Below, piece after piece: positions 12,721 through 25,100 of a stretch of 64,000 nt of DNA; the first letter of the stretch is position 1; each line of letters begins with the position of its first letter. The DNA lies in the NCBI GenBank assembly GCA_002269645.1, contig NIVC01001024.1:248001-312000 (forward strand), in the 5' to 3' direction. Below the pieces are notes generated by a model. The model made no database searches. It was not told the DNA's origin and saw only the letters and a list, made by a program, of their open reading frames with translations. This stretch comes from Macrostomum lignano (Eukaryota). Both the position numbers and the translations under genes were made by a program.

Positions 12721-13059
12721 ATGCCTAAATATAGACATATGAGGTATGGTATCAGAGCTTTATTGTAGGCCTTAGGCCAAAAAGTTTGCCTGAAAAACTT
12801 TTGCATACCATTTGCTATATTAATTGTTTATCATAATCGAATTATATAATTATCTGAAAATTAGTGAAAATATATGAGAACATGTATATATATACATGTA
12901 CAATATGAAATGTATGAATGTAAATTTGAATGTATTCATATTGCGTATGAATATGAAAACTCCAGGTAAGGATTAGCTTTTAAAACTAACATTTTTGCGC
13001 CTTGGTCCTCTTTTTAGTGCCAGTAGACCTTCATTTGGCGCCTCGATAAATCTTCTGTC

Positions 13060-13895
13060 TCCTTGTGCATCTTATGGTCCCACGCGTGTCCTGTACGATT
13101 CACAAGCTGTAAAATTGCATCCGCGACAGCGTCCCAGACGATGCTAACAGGCGATCTGCTTTCCAGGATGCGATTTGTTGAGCGTCATTTCAACCAGTCT
13201 CCCAAGGCACATCGCGAATGGAACGATTGCTGCGCTTCGCTAAAAGCTGCGTCATTCAAGGGATTGATTCAGGATGTACGACTCGATGGGATTCGCAGGT
13301 TGCAATGCTGGAGTCTTTCCAAGATCAGGTAAAAATCGAAATGACTAATTGTTGCCTTTTTAATTTTTATGTAATTTTCTTATTTACTGTTATGGAAATG
13401 ATTTTGTGTCTGCATAGTATACATAGTATGGTATAGTATAGTATTTTAATTGGGAATACACAGTTAAACATATCATTTGATGACAGCGTGTATGTACATT
13501 CGATCCATATTTTACATCTATTAAAGGCCAATTCAGGTTTGTTCGGCTATACTGTGCCAAGTCCAAGATTGGAGCCACGATTTCTTGTGCTGATTGGGAT
13601 CTGATCGAGCCACTCATCTTTCTGCTGCGACCGATTCACGACCTTGGGCGACTTGCTTGTAGTCTTTAAGATACTTGAAAATCTTTCCTGAAAAATTCAA
13701 TGTTCAAATTTAGATACGCGTTCAGCACACATTAACAAATTTAATGGGAAGGTTAATTTAATTTAATCGATTATACAAAATACTAAATTATATAATACTG
13801 AAAAAATTCGATTTCGGAACTTTTCCGAAATTATTTCAACTTGGAAGTTGCCGACTTTCGATTTCGATTGAAATTCTGCTTTCGGTTCATCTCTA
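13060..13895 (+). mobile_element. Decayed hAT transposon: transposase fragment plus right terminus
   Basis: Across two frameshifts and a stop it reads CTIHKL*NCIRD...LLSRMRFVERHFNQSPKAH...LIQDV/xTRWDSQVAMLESF, matching the hAT CxxH and DVxTRWNS motifs. The right end reads TAGAGATGAACCG on the minus strand, with TTCGA-rich subterminal repeats. No left TIR or TSD was found. Confidence 0.65.
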
Positions 13896-14487
13896 CTGCC
13901 TAAAGTACGCGGCACAAACTATGGATGCTGTGGCACAACAGGGAAGTAAGATGAAAATTCTAAAATATAAAACGGCACACGTTTTCCCTGCTGCGTCACG
14001 GAGTAGGAGACCAGCAATAGCTCCAGCAATAACTATAACAACTTTCGCAGTTTTTCTAGACAAGGCACTACGATCTTAAGCTCCAAATAATTGTGGCACA
14101 GAATCAGTGACTCAAATATTATAAAATAAAACCAAAATCGGCAGTGGCACAGCTGTTAAAAAATCTATTGCTGAAGCTATTGCTGGCGACCGCTGAGTCA
14201 GAAATCTTGCGTTTGTAGCAGGGTGCGGGGGTTAATTGTTACGAAGTGTCTAGTTTGACTGCGGCGCTGTGCATTTGCTGCTCTATAGCTGCTGTACAAC
14301 TCGGGGGGGGGGAAGTTCGGCACGCGAGTACAAACTGCAGGGGCAGAGAGAGCTACACAGCACTCTGTAAATACCGCGCCACTAAAAAGTCCTTGTTTTA
14401 AGCGAAAGCTTTATTAAATAATCTACAATAGTATCCTTATTCGCTCGTTGTTTTTCTAAAAGACTCCGAGACAATATCTATACGTAA

Positions 14488-14991
14488 ATGACAAAAACAA
14501 TGTCGATCAGTCCCAGACAGAGACGTCACAACTTGTTGATGAAATTTTGCAAAGCAGATCGGAAACTGCTGGAACTGGAGAAGCAAGTGGACGTCCACGC
14601 TCTGTATCTGGAGTTCTCTGGCCTGAAGAAAAGGCAACACAAAGTGATGAAACGACTGATTCAACTGATGGATGAGCTCATTCCCGACAGGAGACAGCCG
14701 AGGCACTACCGAGACACTAGGTACTCAGAAGAATTCAAAGTGAACATCGACAGTATAGTGTTCAATTTAGCCATTGGGATGACCAAATTTCCAAGAAACT
14801 CCTTCATGATTGCCATTGTCGCCAATTGTCGCCAGTTGCGAGTCCAGTTGACGCCCGGGTTTCTAGAGGAGCATCAAGGATTGGCGGTTAAGGTGAGTCG
14901 ATCTGATCCTGCTCATCAAAGTTTTGTAGTAAAGGCACTCAACAACTTTATAAAAGTCATTCTATCTGAAACTAAGAGTATTTTTGTGTAG
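14488..14991 (+). pseudogene. ZFYVE28: Lst2/ZFYVE28-like copy 2: exon 1 only (14488-14892); exon 2 deleted
   Basis: LLMKFCKADRKL...QHKVMKRLIQLMDELIPDRRQPR resembles the recalled Lst2 N-terminus (LLARFYYADEEL...QDNVLNIINQIMDECIPQDRAPR). Donor AAG|GTGAGT is at 14892. The downstream intron aligns to 490-1313, then jumps to 2649, skipping the FYVE exon. Confidence 0.8.
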
Positions 14992-16312
14992 ATAGCAACA
15001 TTACACCAACGTTCAGCGACGCATGACGTCGGTGCAATGTAGAAAGTACATATTTGTCATCGACGTTCAGCATTTGTATCGTTGACCTTCATATCTGCAC
15101 TTATCTGTGTCTCTTTTTCCAAGATTGTCTTTAAACTAGAATTTCAGTTTAATTACGCTAAGATGCATCCAATTCCTACCTGCTGTTGGAAAATCCTATC
15201 AATAGAAATGACTCTAAATATGGTATATGACGTCGAAATCTAAACCATACTGAATCTAGTTAAGATATAAACAACGGCCTCCTCTCGTCTCGACCGGTGC
15301 TATCCAGTCAGACCTGCCACAGTAGACTGATCGCAGCATGCAATGCCTTGGGGGTGATATGGTTGCCTAACAAAGGGACAGAGAAAACTTCTCGAGCGAT
15401 AACCCTGCCTCGCTCAAACTATGCATTGGTCTTCATTTTGTCAGCTAAACCAGTTTGCTTGCTTGACAATAAAATACACTGCCTTGAATAATTTGCGGTA
15501 CAGAGAGATTCGGAGATGTGAGCCTCACACTCATAATAGGGCCCTTACAGGCCAGTGTGTTAGAAAGTCTTTCTGGCTTGTGAGCAGAAGATAACAGAGG
15601 AATAAAGCCTGTTATATAAGATACATGGATATCTGTACAATAAAACTGGATGCATTTGAGGTCAGTCAAAATTGCTAGTGCACATGGTCAAGAAATGTAA
15701 ACGCGTGCATATAGTGCATATACCTACACTGTACAATGTCAAGAAACGCAAAACGTTGACGAGTGTTAAAAAAAGTTGACGAACACAGAAGTCGATGGGA
15801 GGTCGATTCTGATGGATTCAATTAACTTCTGAGCGCTCGCAGCAAAAGAAAGCAGACAGATTCGGCGTTACAAGTAAAAAGGATCATCAAATGAATTCAT
15901 TATACTTTAAAAGGCTTCCTGAATCAGCTTGAGGCACTATCGGAACATACGTATAGCTTAATTGATGAGTGAAGCGAGCTCAGGGCGACTAACTAGGCGA
16001 TTAAGTATATTGATATTTAATTTTTCGCAGTGCTAATCAATATCGTCTATTCTGGATTATCAACTCTCAACTTTAATTAAAGTGCAATCAGAGATGCAGT
16101 CTAATAGCAGTCTAATTTAGATGCAGTCTAATTTACAAGTACTAATAAAGATGTACTTGTAATGTGTGTAAACAAAACGTTGGATTACAGTTGCGTAGCC
16201 AGGGGTAGGTTTGGTGCCTCTCACTGGAGATTTTGATACGATCCTTTGAAGAGTAGCTTTGAACCCTTTTTAAGGAGCTTTAAATCCCTTTGAAGTAGCT
16301 TTGAGCCTCTTT

Positions 16313-19300
16313 GAAGAAGAGATTTGAACCCATTTGAAGTAGATTTGAACCTCTTTGAAGGAGTTTGAACCTCTTTAAAGCAGTTTTAGCACCTCCAAAA
16401 ATGAGGCAGCGACCCAAAACACGATGAGTCATCTTAAAGATCCTGACTACGTTATCCTTATTAATGCAACTGCTCATGGATATTAAGTAAGGTACATGTA
16501 AAAAAGTAAAATAAAGTAGAGTAAAAGTAATATCCAGTGGATCCGTTTGCAACTTTTTATCAGTAAATTAATTACCCTTTTATTTGTTAACTGATCGACA
16601 ACAAAAAGCCACAATAAGCTACGAGTTTAAATGCACTAATAATTAAGCATCACAATTATGGATTTCCTTTTAAGGCTTTTTTTCTTTCAATAATATGCTT
16701 GAATTGCCTGTTGACTACCTAATTGCCTACAATTAAAGGCAGAAATTACAGACAATCATAATTGAACATGCAAATTTGCATTAATAGCATTGATGGAGTC
16801 ATCTTCTGTAAATTAAAGACGCAGGTGGAACGCATATCCATCTAGAGCATTTGGGGGTAATTATGCCTTGAAATTCAAGACTCAAGTCACTTTTACAACA
16901 GCTTCGAATGGCACTAATCAATTGAAAAGTACGTCTTATAAATTTCTCAATCCAGAGTTTTGACCATAGCAAACAATAAACCGGCCTGTAAAACCAAAGA
17001 TTCCTTATGAGAACAGGACCTACTCAAAGCGCCATGTAGGGGTAAAGAAAGTGAAGTTCACTTTTCTGTTTAAGTGTGGTTCGAACTATAATAGTGCTTT
17101 CCGTGATAAATTTAAACAGGGTCGCTTTCAATACGAATACACAGTTTAAATACTCAGTTTGAGAAGGATATTTCAACTCCCCCCCGTTTCGTCGAAAAAT
17201 TCACTAGCTTTTTGTATTTACTTACTTTCGTTATACTAATCAGATTTTGCCGAGCAAATAACATAACATAAAAGACAGGAATTTCATGTCAGGTGATATA
17301 GAGGTCAATACGCTCGTAGGGCAAACAGGCTGTCAGACCAGCTCAAAAGCGATGATTTATGACCCGAAAGTAGCAAAAACCGCGCCTATGTAATTATAAC
17401 TACAAGTATGGAAAAATCAGGAGAAAAATGCCCATAGCCTGCTGTTAGTAGGCTAGTAAGTTTGAAGCGCGTGTGCGAGCGTGAAATTTGGAAAACAGTG
17501 CGTCCTCATCACTTCTTTCAAATAAACTTTACGTGGCTCAACTCGGCACAACTCTTAAATATTCGTGTCTAACAGGTGAGCAATATCTAACTAAATAGAA
17601 CTCTTAGAACTCTAAATATTCCTGTCTACCAGGCTAAATTCACTATTATCTTTATAAGTTCATAGTATAGATTAAATTCATATGACCTGCGTGGGAGTGA
17701 CCAGAATACGTGACAAACCTATAAAGCAACTGCATGATTAAAAAGAGGAAAAGTTCAGACCAAAAAAGAGCTGATCAAAATTTCCCTTATCATTGCTTTA
17801 TCGTTTCATAAATTGCCATACTGCCTATATTTGTACATTTCAAAGCAAACATACATAATTTTATTGTAGTGAATGAAAAATTAAATTAGCCAGCCACTAC
17901 ACGACATAAAATTGAAACAAATTGAACAGGGACAAAAATTACGAGTATTAGAAATTTATAGCCCGTTAAAATAACAATTAAAAATACAACAATAGAAGAG
18001 GCTACATTATATTCAGAAGTCTTCAGTATATAGTAATGTCCATCAAATAGGCTATAATTCAACTAAAATATTATAAATAATGTTGAAGTTATGTTGACGG
18101 CACATAAAATGTAAAGGAAATCAGAATTTGAAGACAGGAAATTTATATAGAATTGACTCTTGTGTTTGACAATAGCTTATCGAATTATTTGACTCACTTA
18201 ATCTGCATTTTGTGGGATTTAAGAGGCTGGCCCAGCAACTGAGGATCTTGGAGGCTGGTGGCTCGGCAACTGAGGATATGGGAGGCTGGCGGCCCAGCTA
18301 CTGAGGATCTGGGAGGCTGGCCCAGCTACTGAGGATCTGGGAGACTGGCCCAGCAAATGAGGATTTTTGAGACTGGCCCAGCAACTGATGATCTGGGAGG
18401 CTGGCCCAGCTACTGGGGATCTGGGAGGCTATCCAAGCTACTGAGGATCTGGGAGGCTGGCCCAGCTACTGGGGATCTGGGAGGCTGCCCCAGCTACTGG
18501 GGATCTGGGAGGCTATCCAAGCTACTGAGGATCTGGGAGGCTGCCCCAGCTACTGGGGATCTGGGAGGCTGGTGGCTCGGCAACTGAGGATCTGGGAGGC
18601 TGGTGGCCCAGCAACTGGGAATCTGGGAGGCTGGCCCAGCAGCTCGGGATCTGGGAGGCTGGTGGCCCAGCAACTGAGGATCTGGGAGGCTGGCCTAAGC
18701 AACTGAGAATCTGGGAGGCTGGCCCAGCAACTGGGAATCTGGGAGGCTGGCCCAGCAGCTCGGGATCTGGGAGGCTGGTGGCTCAGCAACTGAGGATCTG
18801 AGAGGCTGGCTCAGCAGCTGGGGATCTGGGAGGCTGGTGGCCCAGCAACTGAGGATCTGGGAGGCTGGCCTAAGCAACTGAGAATCTGGGAGGCTGGCCC
18901 AGCAACTGAGGATCTGTGTAGTTAACAAGGCATCACAGAGAACGCAGCAGCGAGGTGCTCAAGACAAAGGTGACGCATATCTGATGCCGGCATCCTTCAC
19001 CACAGGCAGGTGGCTGGATCCCCTACCCGCCATAGAGCGGCACAGGCGGTCCCAGGCGGCATTCACAGGCGGCAGAAGAAGAGATTTGAACCCATTTGAA
19101 GTAGATTTGAACCTCTTTGAAGGAGTTTGAACCTCTTTAAAGCAGTTTTAGCACCTCCAAAAATGAGGCAGCGACCCAAAACACGATGAGTCATCTTAAA
19201 GATCCTGACTACGTTATCCTTATTAATGCAACTGCTCATGGATATTAAGTAAGGTACATGTAAAAAAGTAAAATAAAGTAGAGTAAAAGTAATATCCAGT

Positions 19301-21723
19301 GGATCCGTTTGCAACTTTTTATCAGTAAATTAATTACCCTTTTATTTGTTAACTGATCGACAACAAAAAGCCACAATAAGCTACGAGTTTAAATGCACTA
19401 ATAATTAAGCATCACAATTATGGATTTCCTTTTAAGGCTTTTTTTCTTTCAATAATATGCTTGAATTGCCTGTTGACTACCTAATTGCCTACAATTAAAG
19501 GCAGAAATTACAGACAATCATAATTGAACATGCAAATTTGCATTAATAGCATTGATGGAGTCATCTTCTGTAAATTAAAGACGCAGGTGGAACGCATATC
19601 CATCTAGAGCATTTGGGGGTAATTATGCCTTGAAATTCAAGACTCAAGTCACTTTTACAACAGCTTCGAATGGCACTAATCAATTGAAAAGTACGTCTTA
19701 TAAATTTCTCAATCCAGAGTTTTGACCATAGCAAACAATAAACCGGCCTGTAAAACCAAAGATTCCTTATGAGAACAGGACCTACTCAAAGCGCCATGTA
19801 GGGGTAAAGAAAGTGAAGTTCACTTTTCTGTTTAAGTGTGGTTCGAACTATAATAGTGCTTTCCGTGATAAATTTAAACAGGGTCGCTTTCAATACGAAT
19901 ACACAGTTTAAATACTCAGTTTGAGAAGGATATTTCAACTCCCCCCGTTTCGTCGAAAAATTCACTAGCTTTTTGTATTTACTTACTTTCGTTATACTAA
20001 TCAGATTTTGCCGAGCAAATAACATAACATAAAAGACAGGAATTTCATGTCAGGTGATATAGAGGTCAATACGCTCGTAGGGCAAACAGGCTGTCAGACC
20101 AGCTCAAAAGCGATGATTTATGACCCGAAAGTAGCAAAAACCGCGCCTATGTAATTATAACTACAAGTATGGAAAAATCAGGAGAAAAATGCCCATAGCC
20201 TGCTGTTAGTAGGCTAGTAAGTTTGAAGCGCGTGTGCGAGCGTGAAATTTGGAAAACAGTGCGTCCTCATCACTTCTTTCAAATAAACTTTACGTGGCTC
20301 AACTCGGCACAACTCTTAAATATTCGTGTCTAACAGGTGAGCAATATCTAACTAAATAGAACTCTTAGAACTCTAAATATTCCTGTCTACCAGGCTAAAT
20401 TCACTATTATCTTTATAAGTTCATAGTATAGATTAAATTCATATGACCTGCGTGGGAGTGACCAGAATACGTGACAAACCTATAAAGCAACTGCATGATT
20501 AAAAAGAGGAAAAGTTCAGACCAAAAAAGAGCTGATCAAAATTTCCCTTATCATTGCTTTATCGTTTCATAAATTGCCATACTGCCTATATTTGTACATT
20601 TCAAAGCAAACATACATAATTTTATTGTAGTGAATGAAAAATTAAATTAGCCAGCCACTACACGACATAAAATTGAAACAAATTGAACAGGGACAAAAAT
20701 TACGAGTATTAGAAATTTATAGCCCGTTAAAATAACAATTAAAAATACAACAATAGAAGAGGCTACATTATATTCAGAAGTCTTCAGTAGATAGTAATGT
20801 CCATCAAATAGGCTATAATTCAACTAAAATATTATAAATAATGTTGAAGGTATGTTGACGGCACATAAAATGTAAAGGAATTCAGAATTTGAAGACAGGA
20901 AATTTATATAGAATTGACTCTTGTGTTTGACAATAGCTTATCGAATTATTTGACTCACTTAATCTGCATTTTGTGGGATTTAAGAGGCTGGCCCAGCAAC
21001 TGAGGATCTTGGAGGCTGGTGGCTCGGCAACTGAGGATATGGGAGGCTGGCGGCCCAGCTACTGAGGATCTGGGAGGCTGGCCCAGCTACTGAGGATCTG
21101 GGAGACTGGCCCAGCAAATGAGGATTTTTGAGACTGGCCCAGCAACTGATGATCTGGGAGGCTGGCCCAGCTACTGGGGATCTGGGAGGCTGGCCCAGCT
21201 ACTGGGGATCTGGGAGGCTGGCCCAGCTACTGGGGATCTGGGAGGCTGCCCCAGCTACTGGGGATCTGGGAGGCTGGTGGCTCGGCAACTGAGGATCTGG
21301 GAGGCTGGTGGCCCAGCAACTGGGAATCTGGGAGGCTGGCCCAGCAGCTCGGGATCTGGGAGGCTGGTGGCCCAGCAACTGAGGATCTGGGAGGCTGGCC
21401 TAAACAACTGAGGATCTGGGAGGCTGGTGGCCCAGCAACTGAGGATCTGGGAGGCTAGCCCAGCAACTGAGGATCTGGGAGGCTGGCCCAGCAACTGAGA
21501 ATTTCGGAGGCTGGTGGCCCAACAACTGAGGATCTGGGAAGGCTGGGGAGGCTCAGCAACTGTGAGGATCTAGGTAGTTAACAAGGCATCACAGAGAACG
21601 CAGTCAGCGAGGTGCTCAAGACAAAGGTGACGCATACCTGATGCCAGCATCTTTCACCACAGGCAGGTGGCTGGAGCCCCTACCCGCCATAGAGCGGCAC
21701 AGCCGGTCCCAGGCGGCATTCAC
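16313..21723. repeat. Near-identical tandem duplication of ~2.75 kb (16313-19066 and 19075-21723)
   Basis: The unique sequence repeats almost base for base, with only a few substitutions seen. The junction has an 8-nt insert AGGCGGCA at 19067-19074. Confidence 0.92.
18956..19066 (-). pseudogene. ERGIC2: Orphan 3' fragment of the ERGIC2 last exon (third partial copy)
   Basis: Encodes the last ~36 codons (VNAAWDRLCRSMAGRGSSHLPVVKDAGIRYASPLS*) with no acceptor. Confidence 0.85.
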
Positions 21724-22136
21724 CAGGTAGCAGAGCAGAGCTGAGCAGGCGAACACTCCCCCAGTGATGGCGGCCAGGTTAGTCAGGAAGCTGCTAAGCG
21801 GCAGGCCGGCGTCCTTGACAACCACCTGCAGCGGGCTGACTTCGTATTTGAAAAACAGGCCGGGCAATCCGTGGCTGCCCCTGCCGTGGTCGATGACTCT
21901 GTCCAGCTCCTGCACCGCGTACTGGAAGCTGCGAACTGTGGCGCCAGCCGCTGCGGACAGGCCGCGGCGGTGCAGCTCGGTGGGGACCACCTGCGGGCGG
22001 TTGGGAACGGCTGCTGCATCAGAAGTGGTGTACTTTGGCCTAGCAGAGAGGCTGTCCAAGTGCTTGTCTCTGTGATTGTCGCAGTGTCCGTCTGTTTGTC
22101 TGTCTGTCTGTCTTAGTGTCTGTCTGACTGTCTTAG

Positions 22137-22189
<53 letters not shown>

Positions 22190-25100
22190 GCATGTCTGTC
22201 TGTCTGTCTGCCTGCCTGCCTGTCTCTCTGTCTGTCTGTCTGAGTGTCTAAGGCCAGTTAGGATAAGTCTCCATCTTAAAATCCATCCAAGTTTCAACTG
22301 ACAATCCCAAGCGCCGACACGGGACCATAAAAAGCCAAACCCATAGTTAGCATAATCAAGGACGACTTAAGTAGAAGGACGGGAAACCTCGTTTCTTAGA
22401 AAAGTTTTGAAGGCACTTTTTCCCGAAAAAATACACTACGGAGATAGGAAGTTTTCATTTTTTCAGCACAAAAATTGTTATTGCGTTTGATAGGAGGCAG
22501 ATCCAGTGTTCATCTTTTGATATGTTGTGCCTTTTTTATTGCTCTATCGATATTTATAAAGCTTTTCGTTCAGAAAATTGGGATTCTATGTTAATTTTTT
22601 ATTCTACGTATATTTCCTGTATCTAAAAATCACAAAAATGCATGACACAGCTCCAATATTAGGTTTTATGAACCTATTTTATCATCTCTGTTACAAATAT
22701 TTGCTACACAGTCGGGTAAGAATGATAAAATAGACTCATGAAGCTAAAGAGCCGAGCCGTGGCATTCTAATGTATTTCAAGCACAAGACACGCGAAAATA
22801 TACGTAGAATAAAAAATTAACATAGAATCCTAATTTTCTGAACGAAAAGCTTTATAAATATCGATAGAGCAAAAAAAGGCACAACATATCAAAAGATGAA
22901 CACTGGATCTGCCTCCTATCAAACGCAATAACAATTTTTGAGCTGAAAAAATGAAAACTTTCTATCTCCGTAGTGTATTTTTTCGGGAAAAAGTGCCTTC
23001 AAAACTTTTCTAAGAAACGAGGTTTCCCGTCCTTCTACTTAAGTCGTCCTTGAGCATAATATCCGGATTCCCCCAAATCGGCTCACCTGCACAAAGTACT
23101 GATAATTAGTGCTGGCATGCTGGGTGACTTTCTCTTCGTAATCCAATGGATTAATGCGACCGGGCACATCCTCGCCGAAGCTCAGATGGTAGATGCGATG
23201 GGAGAAGTTCAACGCCGTGGCGTGACTGGCCTGTTAGAAACAGGGGGGGGGGGGGATGACCCTCACTTCATGGAAATTGAACTTGCAGCGTCAGAAGCCT
23301 TGAAATAATTTTCGAATGGCTTGGTTTGCCCGTGGCAATGAAATTTCCTTTTAAAAGCAAAAGTAGTCTAGACTAGTACCTCAATCATAATTATATTAAA
23401 ATGTGCTTTGCTAATTAAACCGAATTTCTCTTCAGGGATTTCGCAGCTTCCTAGATCCCCCAGAGAGGAAATGAAATTTAATTTGACAATCAATCAGCAA
23501 ATGTAAAAAGAAGTTTAATCAATTCTTTTTTTTCTACAGCGACTTACTACTACAAAGAAGGCTATTGAGTTTGACACCTAAATAGGAATCTTCTGTCCAG
23601 CTTGATCTATCAGAAATAATCAATATTGATACTCGTGCAAACCACAGAATCGCATGGCATGACAAAGATCTATAATATTTATTTTAAACCTCAAATCATG
23701 CATCAGAACCCCATAGCAACTGGGGATATTGATCCCAGCTATGCATCCATAAATTGAAGCTCCCAACCCCATAGAAACTGGGGATATTGATCCCAGATAA
23801 GCATCCATAAATTGAAGCTCCCAACCCCATAGAAACTGGCGGATATTGATCCCAGATAAGCATCCATAAATTGAAGCTCCCAACCCCATAGAAACTGGGG
23901 ATATTGATCCCAGATAAGCATCCATAAATTGAAGCTCCCAACCCCATAGAAACTGGGGATATTGATCCCAGATAAGCATCCATAAATTGAAGCTCCCAAC
24001 CCCATAGCAACTGGGGATATTGATCCCAGATATGCATCGATTTCAAGATCACAACCCCATAGCAACTGGGGATATTGATCCCAGATATGCATCGATTTCA
24101 AGATCACAACCCCATAGCAACTGGGGATATTGATCCCAGATATGCATCGATTTCAAGATCACAACCCCATAGCAACTGGGGATATTGATCCCAGATATGC
24201 ATCGATTTCAAGATCACAACCCCATAGCAACTGGGGATATTGATCCCAGATATGCATCGATTTCAAGATCACAACCCCATAGCAACAATGAGCTGTTAAT
24301 CCCCAGCTAAGCCTCACAACAAATAGAAGTACAAATTTCGTGTACTTATGAGTATCGCTTGAAAACACGACAGTATTGGCCCAGTAGGCTAAACAGAACA
24401 CTCATCGATCCCCCCAATACCTGGAAGTGGGCATGCGTGCCGCCAAAATTGACGGGCTTGCCGCCAGTCAGGTGCAAATTTCCTGCCACCTTGTTCACCC
24501 GGAAGCGGCCACGAAGCCGACAGGCTGAGGCGGCCTTCCGCTCGTTGGGACTCTGGAATTGCTCGGAGCCGAGTACGTTCAGCCAGCCTTTGTCGGCGAA
24601 TAAGTCGCTCTGCAGCGCGTGATGATGCTGCCTGATGGCCTCCTGGGGGTTATTGACGGTTGGAGTGGGAGATTCGTAACAGCTACTACTTGTATAAGTA
24701 GTCTCAATAGCAAGGGATAAGGAATCTAGCTAACTTCATGGGTTCAATATTCCTTTTATCTGTGGGATCAATATCCTTTAACATAAGGGATCAATATCCC
24801 TGTAATCTAAGGGATTAATACCCTGTAATCTATGGGATTAACATCCCTGTAATCTATGGGATCAATATCCCTGTAATCTGTGGGATCAATATCCTTTAAC
24901 CTAAGGGATCAAAATTTTTAATTTAAGGGATCAATATCCCTGTAATCTATGGGATTAATATCCCTGTAATCTATGGGATTAATATCCCTGTAATCTATGG
25001 GATCAATATCCCTGTAATCTATGGGATCAATATCCGTTTAATCTATGGGATCAATATCCATTTAATCTATGTTATCAATATCTATCTAATCTATGGGATC

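Noticed and set aside
14237-14427. Possible ~190-bp solo LTR (TGTTAC...ATTAAA..CTACA) upstream of Lst2 copy 2
   Set aside because: There is no TSD and no second copy in the window, so TG...CA could be chance.
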